Below, in pieces: positions 10,699 to 18,854 of a stretch of 64,000 nt of DNA. The position numbers and the translations under genes are program-made. The stretch comes from Spirochaetia bacterium. GTDB lineage: Bacteria; Spirochaetota; Spirochaetia; WTKD01. The number at the start of each line of letters is the position of its first letter. The first letter of the stretch is position 1. The notes beneath the pieces were generated by a model that ran no database searches, was not told the DNA's origin, and saw nothing but the letters and a program-made list of their open reading frames with translations. Where the stretch lies: positions 1,703,664 through 1,767,663 of the forward strand of contig OZ251568.1 of NCBI GenBank assembly GCA_965243525.1. The letters are read 5' to 3'.

Positions 10699-10722
10699 TG
10701 GTGAAAAAAAGGAAGTAGCATT

Positions 10723-11523
10723 ATGGATGTATCTACTACAATTGGCACAATAGTTGGTGTTGTTGTTCTTGCATTGGGAGTTCTTTTAGCGGGGATAGGG
10801 TTGATACCTTATTTAAGCATCGCGTCGGTGCTTATCACGATTGGAGGGTCCATTGCAGCGGTTATGATTTCAAACCCCATAAGACGTGTTACCTCGATTC
10901 CAAAATTTTTGCGTATCGTGTATACCGTTCAAGATCTAAAGATGCCACAGACGATAGTTTCACTGGTGAATCTTGCTGATCGTGCACGTAAAGAAGGAAT
11001 TTTGGCACTTGAGGATAGCATTGATGGTTTGCAGAGTTTCTTTATGCGACAAGGTGTGCAATTAGTTGTGGATGGCACCGATCCTGATATCATTCGTACG
11101 ATATTATACGCCAATCTTGAAAAGATGAACGATAGGCACGGACAGGTGCACAAGCTCTTTGACGATTGGGGAAAATATGCACCTGCGTTTGGGCTTATTG
11201 GAACGGTTATTGGACTTATTGCGATGTTAGGGAGCATTGGAGGGGATATTGCTATCATTGGTCGTGGTTTGCAGACAGCACTTGTTACTACATTGTATGG
11301 GGCAATCATGGCGAACTTTTTGATTATTCCCATTCGATCAAAGCTTGAAGATCATGATCTAGAAGAATCATTGTTGCTAGAAATTATGATCGAGGGAGTG
11401 TTGGCAATCCAATCGGGTGATAATCCACGCATACTTCTGGAGAAACTGCTTGCCTTCTTGCCTGATCCCAAGCGTAATGAAGTACGTAAGATTGTTGATC
11501 GAGAATTTTCTTATGCCGGCTAA
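10723..11523 (+). CDS. motA: flagellar stator subunit MotA/PomA
   Basis: ARKEGILALE, APAFGLIGTVIGL, ALVTTLYG, IQSGDNPR. Confidence 0.95.
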   Translation: MDVSTTIGTIVGVVVLALGVLLAGIGLIPYLSIASVLITIGGSIAAVMISNPIRRVTSIPKFLRIVYTVQDLKMPQTIVSLVNLADRARKEGILALEDSIDGLQSFFMRQGVQLVVDGTDPDIIRTILYANLEKMNDRHGQVHKLFDDWGKYAPAFGLIGTVIGLIAMLGSIGGDIAIIGRGLQTALVTTLYGAIMANFLIIPIRSKLEDHDLEESLLLEIMIEGVLAIQSGDNPRILLEKLLAFLPDPKRNEVRKIVDREFSYAG

Positions 11524-12256
11524 AATTCAAGGCCCACCAAAACGAAAAAAGAGAAGGCGAGAAGGTGCTCCGGATTACATGGTTACCTATGGCGACGTGG
11601 TGACCCTTTTGCTTACCTTTTTTGTGATTCTCCTGTCTTCTTCTTCGGTGAATGTAGAAGAGCTTCGGTTGATTCTTGCTGCATTTCCTGGGCTTGGGCA
11701 GTTGTATGGAGGAAATACACTGGAAAGAGGGCGTCTTGCCGAACTGGGAAACACGATTGAAGCCCTGCCGTCGCAAGAATATGGACGTGCATTGGATAAT
11801 GCAGTGCGTACAGCGCGATCAATTTTTGAACCTGAAATAGCATCTGATCAAGTGCGACTCACCTATGATGAGCGCGGGTTAGTCATTAGTCTTGCAGGTG
11901 ACGTGTATTTTGAATCGTCGAGTGCTGAACTAAACATAGAGGCATCGCGTGTCATTCTGCAAAAACTTGCCCAAGTATTGGGGTTGCCGGATTTGGAAAA
12001 CAATACTTTTCGCATAGAAGGACATACTGACAGCGTTCCAACCGATCCAAGTGGGGCCTGGCCAAGCAATTGGCATCTTTCTTCTGGGCGTGGGTTAACG
12101 GTTTTGAGCTATCTCATCGAACTAGGAGTTTCTGAGAAGAAGATGCAGGTAATGGGATTGTCTGATACACAACCTTTTTATAACAACGACACCCCAGAAG
12201 GTCGAGCATATAATAGGCGAGTTGATATCGTCGTTCTTTCAGATGGACATTTATAA
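11513..12256 (+). CDS. motB: flagellar stator subunit MotB
   Basis: TYGDVVTLLLTFFV TM with conserved Asp; OmpA-like domain (IEGHTD, SNWHLS, NRRVDI); start moved to ATG 11513. Confidence 0.95.
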   Translation: MPAKIQGPPKRKKRRREGAPDYMVTYGDVVTLLLTFFVILLSSSSVNVEELRLILAAFPGLGQLYGGNTLERGRLAELGNTIEALPSQEYGRALDNAVRTARSIFEPEIASDQVRLTYDERGLVISLAGDVYFESSSAELNIEASRVILQKLAQVLGLPDLENNTFRIEGHTDSVPTDPSGAWPSNWHLSSGRGLTVLSYLIELGVSEKKMQVMGLSDTQPFYNNDTPEGRAYNRRVDIVVLSDGHL

Positions 12257-12267
12257 GGAGTAAGCAA

Positions 12268-12813
12268 ATGGCAGAAAACGATATACTTGAAGATGAACTT
12301 GAGGAAGGGGCGCCACAATCTACCAAGCGTGGACAGCGATCAGGACTGATTTTATCTATTCTCAAATGGATGGTCATATTCATAGCGGCAACAGCATTCA
12401 TTGTGGGAGTTGTCTTGATCACCATGTATATCATGGGATCTGGACAAAATGTTGCTAGAAACCTTCCGGTTGTTTCTGAGATTGATGAAGGGATTCCGGA
12501 CGTTCTTGATTGGTATGAGTTGCTTGGTGAAATTCGTGGATCAACAACCGACGAGCCAAGAAAATCGTATATTATCGAACCATATATAGGATACGAACAA
12601 GGGGCAGAGATCGTGTTGCAGGAGATTATCAGTCGTGCACCGCAGATTAAGGAACGAATTCGATTGTATTTCACATCAAGCAGTGCAAGTGAATTGGAAG
12701 GAATCGACAACCAAATCCGCATCAAGAATGAACTCCGCGAGCAGATCAATCGAATTATGCGTAATAAAATACGCGAGGTAGCATTTAATCAATACCAGGT
12801 CTTAGATTTTTAG
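12268..12813 (+). CDS. fliL: flagellar basal-body protein FliL
   Basis: Single N-terminal TM, FliL-like C-terminus; lies between motB and fliM. Confidence 0.88.
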   Translation: MAENDILEDELEEGAPQSTKRGQRSGLILSILKWMVIFIAATAFIVGVVLITMYIMGSGQNVARNLPVVSEIDEGIPDVLDWYELLGEIRGSTTDEPRKSYIIEPYIGYEQGAEIVLQEIISRAPQIKERIRLYFTSSSASELEGIDNQIRIKNELREQINRIMRNKIREVAFNQYQVLDF

Positions 12814-12838
12814 CCTTGCCGTTGCTTTCTCGCAATAG

Positions 12839-12879
12839 AAGTGAGCCGGCTGTTCAAGTGGCTCGCTTGTATTTCTTTC
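12839..12879 (+). terminator. possible hairpin plus U-rich tract between fliL and fliM
   Basis: AAGTGAGCC (12839-47) pairs with GGCTCGCTT (12860-68, one G-U), followed by GTATTTCTTTC. Confidence 0.3.
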
Positions 12880-12912
12880 AAAAGTGTGGTATTCATAGAT
12901 GAGTGTTATTCT

Positions 12913-13962
12913 ATGACTGAAATTCTTGCTCAAGATGAAATAAATCAATTATTGTCTGCTATTTCTTCTGGTGATACTGAACTTGATACTGCTGTCTCAC
13001 ATTTGCAGGAAACACAGCAGATTAAAATCTATGATTTTAAGCGACCTGATAAGTTTTCAAAAGAACAAATTCGAACTTTTTCGATGTTACATGAGGTCTT
13101 GGCACGGCTAATAACTACCTCCTTGAGTGGTCAGTTGCGGAGCTTGGCGCAGGTACATGTTGCGTCGGTTGATCAGCTTACCTATGAAGAATTTATACGA
13201 TCTATGCCCAACCCAACAACACTTGCAGTCATCAATATGAATCCACTCAAAGGATCCATTGTCCTGGGTATTGATTCAGCGGTTACGTTTTCAATTATTG
13301 ATCGATTGTTTGGCGGACAGGGAACTGCAGCCAAGGTTATTCGTGAGTTAACAGAGATTGAAAAAACGGTTATGGAAGGGATTATTATTCGTATGCTGAG
13401 CAATATACGCGAGGCATGGGGACAGGTGCTTGATTTGCGCCCGCGTTTAGGACAGATAGAAACAAATCCGCAGTTTGCACAGATTGTTCCTCCTACCGAA
13501 ATGGCAGTTGTTGTTACTTTAGAGGCACGTGTCAAAGACATCGAAGGCATGATGATTGTCTGTATACCCTATCTTACGATTGAACCGATTGCATCAAAGC
13601 TTTCAGCGCAGTATTGGTATGCATCATCGCGCCGAGGAACGGGCTCTGAGTATATCAACTCATTGCGAAATAGGTTACAATCGATTGAAATACCTATTAT
13701 CGCGGAAATTGGTCGAATGAACATTCATATGTCAGATATTCTCACCATGAAGGTTGGCGATGTCTTTCGTTTATTAGATAATAAGATTAGCGAGTCGATT
13801 ACGCTACGTGTTGGTGATCAGATGAAATTTCTTTGTAGGCCAGGATGTGTAGGTAACAGGGTTGGCGTACAAATTGTTGAGCATATCAAAGGGGAGGATG
13901 TTGAAATGCTTGAATCACAGTTTTTTTCAGAAGAACAGAATACAGAGGTGCTAAGTGAGTGA
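12913..13962 (+). CDS. fliM: flagellar motor switch protein FliM
   Basis: MTEILAQDEINQLL, YDFKRPDKFSKEQIR, IDRLFGG, ETNPQFAQIVPP. Confidence 0.97.
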   Translation: MTEILAQDEINQLLSAISSGDTELDTAVSHLQETQQIKIYDFKRPDKFSKEQIRTFSMLHEVLARLITTSLSGQLRSLAQVHVASVDQLTYEEFIRSMPNPTTLAVINMNPLKGSIVLGIDSAVTFSIIDRLFGGQGTAAKVIRELTEIEKTVMEGIIIRMLSNIREAWGQVLDLRPRLGQIETNPQFAQIVPPTEMAVVVTLEARVKDIEGMMIVCIPYLTIEPIASKLSAQYWYASSRRGTGSEYINSLRNRLQSIEIPIIAEIGRMNIHMSDILTMKVGDVFRLLDNKISESITLRVGDQMKFLCRPGCVGNRVGVQIVEHIKGEDVEMLESQFFSEEQNTEVLSE

Positions 13963-14995
13963 GGGAACGCTTTCTCAAGATGAAATAGATGCTCTGTTAG
14001 GTGGCAGTGAAGCCTCTGTTCCTGGAGAAACCGGAATGGAATCCGGAGGATTGGGTAACCTAGGACAGGGACTTGGGGGAGTAGGTGGAACATTGCCCGG
14101 AGAGTCGATACTTCGGACCTTTCTTGAACAAAATAAAAATGAAGTGCAACAACACTTTGTTTCTACAGTAGCAGATTCTTTCCAACTTTCATTGGATTCA
14201 ATATCACGCATTGATTCACTCAGTGTTCAAGAAGATGTAGTAGTTATAGCTGCTGACCTTCGTGGTCCCATATCTGGTATCCATTCGTTTGTTCTCACAG
14301 AGTCAGACGCATTACGCTTGTTATCTCCGCTTCTTGGTGCCAATGTCAAAGAATTGAACGAGGCTGCTCTTACTGCTATTCAGGAAAATTTTGAACAACT
14401 AGGAAAGGTTTTGAGTGCTGCCCTGAGTTTTCAATTCGGAAGAGTTACATTAAACCGCATCCAAGTGTCTAAAATGAATCGTGCAAGTGCACTCCCGCCG
14501 GGATCGTATTTTCAAGCTGCTTATTCGTTTGAACTTACCGGTGGTGCAGGAATGCTTTACGAAATTTTTGATGAAAACATCGTTGAAGGAATGAATCAAA
14601 ACGAAGATACTTCTACACGAGGGTCTTCGCGTGCAGGTGCAGGCATGGGATTGAGTAGTGGCGCTGGAGTACAGGCAGAAGGAACAACCATACAGTCGGT
14701 GCAATTCCCTCAACTTCAGCAGATCGATAGTGGAACTGATGCCGGGAATCTAGGCTTGCTGATGGATGTCAGCATGGAGATGACCGTTGAACTTGGTCGT
14801 ACCAAAAAGCTTATTCGTGAGATATTAAGCATTGGTGAAGGAACTATTATTGAACTTGATAAACTTGCGGGTGAACCGGTTGATATACTGGTGAATCACA
14901 AGCTTATCGCAAAAGGTGAAGTTGTTGTTATAGATGAGAACTTTGGGGTGCGAGTCACAGAAATCGTTACTCCATTTGAAAAATTTCAGACTTAA
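13955..14995 (+). CDS. fliY: flagellar motor switch protein FliY/FliN
   Basis: LSQDEIDALL N-terminal peptide, middle CheC-like region, C-terminal SpoA domain (LDKLAGEPVDILVN..GEVVVIDENFGVR). Confidence 0.9.
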   Translation: MSEGTLSQDEIDALLGGSEASVPGETGMESGGLGNLGQGLGGVGGTLPGESILRTFLEQNKNEVQQHFVSTVADSFQLSLDSISRIDSLSVQEDVVVIAADLRGPISGIHSFVLTESDALRLLSPLLGANVKELNEAALTAIQENFEQLGKVLSAALSFQFGRVTLNRIQVSKMNRASALPPGSYFQAAYSFELTGGAGMLYEIFDENIVEGMNQNEDTSTRGSSRAGAGMGLSSGAGVQAEGTTIQSVQFPQLQQIDSGTDAGNLGLLMDVSMEMTVELGRTKKLIREILSIGEGTIIELDKLAGEPVDILVNHKLIAKGEVVVIDENFGVRVTEIVTPFEKFQT

Positions 14996-15044
14996 TACGT
15001 ACAATATACGTTGACATCTGTGTTCTGCATGGGAGGAGAGCACA

Positions 15045-15794
15045 TTGGTTTCATTTGTAATACATAAATGGAAGCTACATTATTTAGTAAGCATAGCATT
15101 AGGAATAGTTTGCACAGTAATTTTCGCGCAAGAATCTGATCAGGGAAATATTTCTCCTGATGGAGCGTCCGATGCTGTACAAAGTATTCCTGCAGAAGAT
15201 AACACTACACTAAACACTGGTGGTGAGTCGACTCCTCTCGAAACAGGTGATACCGCTGAAGATACAACTATTCCACTTGCTGATGAAGCTGCTCCAAAAG
15301 ATGAGCAAACTGATTCCCTTCTTTTGCAAGAAGAATCTACACTCACATTTACTGATCCAAACGGAGACCTAACGGCTGATTCACCAACCTCAATACGAAG
15401 CTTGTTGCGAGCTGTCGTTTCGCTTGTCGTGGTTCTGGGGCTGATTCTTGGCGTTCTGTACATGTTGAAACGTTTCTGGAGAAAAAAAGAATCGAGCTCA
15501 ATTATATCGGTGCTAAGCGTGCAGACCATTCAGAACAACCGAAATATTCTTATTGTAAGCATTGCTGAATCTCTGTACGTTATGTCCTCTTCCGAAGCCG
15601 GTATTCAGCTAATCACCGAGATCACCGACGAAGACACAAAGAATTTCATTCGGACAAATGCGCAATCAGAAAGAGGAAGCCCCTTTGCGACCTTGCTTGC
15701 CAAGTATTTTCCTGATCAGCAGAAGAAAGCAACGATGCACACCCAACTGGAGGGATTAAGAAAACGATCTGAAAAGCTAAAACAATATGAATAG
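15045..15794 (+). CDS. fliO: flagellar biosynthesis protein FliO (spirochaete FliZ)
   Basis: Signal peptide, acidic linker, TM, FliO-like cytoplasmic domain; precedes fliP; GGAGGAG RBS. Confidence 0.8.
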   Translation: MVSFVIHKWKLHYLVSIALGIVCTVIFAQESDQGNISPDGASDAVQSIPAEDNTTLNTGGESTPLETGDTAEDTTIPLADEAAPKDEQTDSLLLQEESTLTFTDPNGDLTADSPTSIRSLLRAVVSLVVVLGLILGVLYMLKRFWRKKESSSIISVLSVQTIQNNRNILIVSIAESLYVMSSSEAGIQLITEITDEDTKNFIRTNAQSERGSPFATLLAKYFPDQQKKATMHTQLEGLRKRSEKLKQYE

Positions 15795-16581
15795 ATTTGG
15801 TTTTCTGGTAATTTTACTAGGCATAACAGCAACAAGCATCTTTGCGCAATCTCCCCTCGACCCGCTCAATCCAGTAACCGGAGAAGATAGTCTTCAAATC
15901 CCCTTTGTGGATATCCAAATTCGAGAACCAAGCGGAGGAGAGGAAGTGGCTCTCTCCCTGCAGTTGCTTTTGTTGCTTGCTGCCTTAACGCTCGCTCCGT
16001 CATTCTTTATTTTAATGACTTCTTTCGTGCGTATTTCAATTGTGCTTGATTTTGTGAAACGTGCGATGTCGCTGCAACAAGTGCCGCCTACTCAAATACT
16101 ACTTGGAATTGCTCTATTTATGACTTTGTTCATTATGTGGCCGGTGGTAACCAATGTGTATGAAAATGCCTATCTCCCGTTATCCGAAGGAGAAATCGGG
16201 GTAGCAGAAGCATTTGAGCGCTTTGAGCGACCAATCCGGATCTTTATGTACAACCAAATGAGAACTGACTATTCTTCGATTGAGTTGTTTATGCGTATGG
16301 CCAATCTGGAACAACCACAAAATCTATCGGATGTTCCCACCTATGTGCTTATCCCATCGTTTATCATTCACGAATTATCCGTTGCGTTTAAAATTGGAAT
16401 ATTGTTATTTATCCCGTTTATTATCATAGATATGACAATTGCTTCTACACTCATGTCAATGGGAATGATAATGGTGCCGCCCATCATCATTTCGCTGCCG
16501 TTTAAATTGGTCTTGTTCATCATGGTCGATGGGTGGAATCTTTTAGTGCGACAATTAATCGCTAGTTTTGGAGGGTTATAG
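15787..16581 (+). CDS. fliP: export gate protein FliP
   Basis: LMTSFVRISIVL, QQVPPTQIL, MGMIMVPPIIISLPFKLVLFIMVDGW. Confidence 0.97.
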   Translation: MNRFGFLVILLGITATSIFAQSPLDPLNPVTGEDSLQIPFVDIQIREPSGGEEVALSLQLLLLLAALTLAPSFFILMTSFVRISIVLDFVKRAMSLQQVPPTQILLGIALFMTLFIMWPVVTNVYENAYLPLSEGEIGVAEAFERFERPIRIFMYNQMRTDYSSIELFMRMANLEQPQNLSDVPTYVLIPSFIIHELSVAFKIGILLFIPFIIIDMTIASTLMSMGMIMVPPIIISLPFKLVLFIMVDGWNLLVRQLIASFGGL

Positions 16582-16850
16582 TGGATTTAGGATTTGCAAT
16601 CAGTGTGGCACGCAGTGCAATTGTGCAGTTAATGATTTTGACATTGCCAATTCTTGGAGCAAGCATTGTCATCGGTTTAATTGTTTCGATTTTTCAGGCA
16701 ACAACATCGATACAGGAACAAACGCTCACCTTTGTGCCAAAAATCGCAGCAATAATAGCAGTTCTCTATTTTTTAGGGCCGTGGATGGCAACAACACTCA
16801 TTGAATTTACTCGAGTTATTTTTGATTATATTCCAGAGGCGGTTCGCTAG
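16581..16850 (+). CDS. fliQ: export gate protein FliQ
   Basis: FQATTSIQEQTLTFVPK. Confidence 0.97.
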   Translation: MDLGFAISVARSAIVQLMILTLPILGASIVIGLIVSIFQATTSIQEQTLTFVPKIAAIIAVLYFLGPWMATTLIEFTRVIFDYIPEAVR

Positions 16851-16852
16851 GC

Positions 16853-17632
16853 ATGTTTATTGCACGACTTGCAGAAAACGCCCCCCTTTATTTTCTCATC
16901 GTTGCACGCATCTTTGCATTTCTTGCCGTTGTTCCAATATATTCATCAGGCGCAATGCCAACTCTCGTGCGTATTGTATTGGCAGCAACTACAGCAGTGG
17001 TTTTATTTCCCATTTTGGAACCCTATCCACTTCCCACTGATGGACTTGGATACATCCTTATCATGACAGGAGAAATACTCATCGGACTCATAGGAGGGTT
17101 CTTTGTCTATATTCTTTTTTCAATATTTTTGTTAGTGGGTGGATTTCTGTCATTACCAATGGGATTCAGCGCGTCTCAAGTTTTCGATCCGTTGGGGGAA
17201 ATTGAAATTCCCCTCGTTGGGCAACTGTTTAACACGATTGCCATCTATATCTTTATCGTTTCTGACGGGCTACGTCAGGTTTTTTTTGTGAGTATCATAA
17301 ATTCGGTGAATTCCCTACGGGCCATCGATCTTGCACTCTATCGGGGTGATGCTCTTGAATTTTTGTTAACAGGATTTTTTAAACTGTTTGTGTATTCATT
17401 GACGCTTGCTCTGCCCTTCCTCGCAGTGCTGTTTTTAACGAGCCTTTCAATGGGATTGTTGACAAAGGCAGCACCGCAGATGAATTTGCTCATTCTTGGC
17501 TTTCCCATCTCAATAAGTATCAGCTATGTTTTGTTGTTCTTATTTGCAGGAACATTGATGGCGATGTTTGCAAACATCATGTCGTGGATCGTTGATCAAT
17601 TAGGTGTTTTTTATCAGATATATGCGAACTAA
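16853..17632 (+). CDS. fliR: export gate protein FliR
   Basis: Polytopic; MGFSASQVFDP and KAAPQMNLLILGFP. Confidence 0.95.
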   Translation: MFIARLAENAPLYFLIVARIFAFLAVVPIYSSGAMPTLVRIVLAATTAVVLFPILEPYPLPTDGLGYILIMTGEILIGLIGGFFVYILFSIFLLVGGFLSLPMGFSASQVFDPLGEIEIPLVGQLFNTIAIYIFIVSDGLRQVFFVSIINSVNSLRAIDLALYRGDALEFLLTGFFKLFVYSLTLALPFLAVLFLTSLSMGLLTKAAPQMNLLILGFPISISISYVLLFLFAGTLMAMFANIMSWIVDQLGVFYQIYAN

Positions 17633-18854
17633 CCATAGTATTGCTAGAGAGTCAATTTCACCAACCGAAGATATCATCCATTCGGCAGCAAGTGTAGAGG
17701 ATAGACAGAGCCAACAATCACACTTCCCCGCAGCAGAAGCAAAGACCAATAACTTTATTCACGCAGTACGCGCTATGGATTTGCAGTGGTTTGCTGCAGA
17801 AGATGAGGGAAGAACCGAAGCACCGACAGAGCGGAAATTACGAAAGGCGCGCGAAGAAGGAAAGGTGGCGCGATCTGCCGATCTTCCTGCTGCAATAGTG
17901 TTTATCTTTGTTCTAGTATTGTTGGGAATTTTGGGAGAGCAGATACTCTCTACGTTTTTAGATATGTTCCGGTTTTTTTATGGACGTGCAACAGAAATCG
18001 ATATATTGAACACCACACAAATTGCTCAGCGAGCACTCAGTTATTTTTTAAGTATTACAGTGCCACTTGGAATCGTTGCGGTACTAGCCGCATTGTTTGG
18101 AAACATCATCCAGGTAGGATTCCTATTCAGCGTCAAACCGATAACACCGAGCTTTCAAAAAATAATTCCAAAGTTTGGCACCTATTTGAAGCGTATTTTG
18201 TTTTCTCGCGAAGGTGTATACAACCAGTTTCGCCTCGTCTTTAAGGTGTTGATCATTGGGTTTATATGCTTTATCAATATTCGATCAAACATCGGCTTAT
18301 TCGAACAGTTTATGTTACAACCTTTTCAAGCTGCTTTCTATCGAACTGCTTCAATAACATTTATAACCCTCATCGAAGCAGCTGTTGCCTTATTCATATT
18401 ATCAATAGCAGATTATGCGTTTCAGCGCTATCAACATACTGAACAATTGCGGATGACTCGCGAAGAGATAAAAGAGGAACGCAAAAGTGAAGAGGGAGAT
18501 CCGCAAGTACGTTCGCGATTGCGCCAGCGTATGCAGGAAATTCTCAACCGGAGCTCGTTGGAACGAGTGCCGCACGCAGATGTGGTTGTCACAAACCCTA
18601 CGCATTATTCCGTCGCATTGGAATACGATAATACGCGAATGAATGCCCCAACGGTTTGTGCAAAGGGGGTCGATATGCTTGCCCTGCGTATTCGTGAAAT
18701 AGCAAAGGAGCATAATGTGCCGATTTTTGAACACAAACCCCTCGCACGAGGACTGTATCATGATGTTGATATTGGGGATATTATTCCAGAAAAATATTAT
18801 GAAGCTATGGTAGTAGTATTGCGTGAGGTATATCGTATGAGAGGAGAGATCTAA
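17622..18854 (+). CDS. flhB: export switch protein FlhB (start uncertain, 17622 or 17775)
   Basis: EGRTEAPTERKLRKAREEG, EEGDPQVR, NPTH autocleavage motif. Confidence 0.96.
   Translation: MRTNHSIARESISPTEDIIHSAASVEDRQSQQSHFPAAEAKTNNFIHAVRAMDLQWFAAEDEGRTEAPTERKLRKAREEGKVARSADLPAAIVFIFVLVLLGILGEQILSTFLDMFRFFYGRATEIDILNTTQIAQRALSYFLSITVPLGIVAVLAALFGNIIQVGFLFSVKPITPSFQKIIPKFGTYLKRILFSREGVYNQFRLVFKVLIIGFICFINIRSNIGLFEQFMLQPFQAAFYRTASITFITLIEAAVALFILSIADYAFQRYQHTEQLRMTREEIKEERKSEEGDPQVRSRLRQRMQEILNRSSLERVPHADVVVTNPTHYSVALEYDNTRMNAPTVCAKGVDMLALRIREIAKEHNVPIFEHKPLARGLYHDVDIGDIIPEKYYEAMVVVLREVYRMRGEI

Noticed and set aside
15011-15040. TTGACA before fliO, and another at about 48096 before rho
   Set aside because: No acceptable -10 element at 16-18 nt spacing
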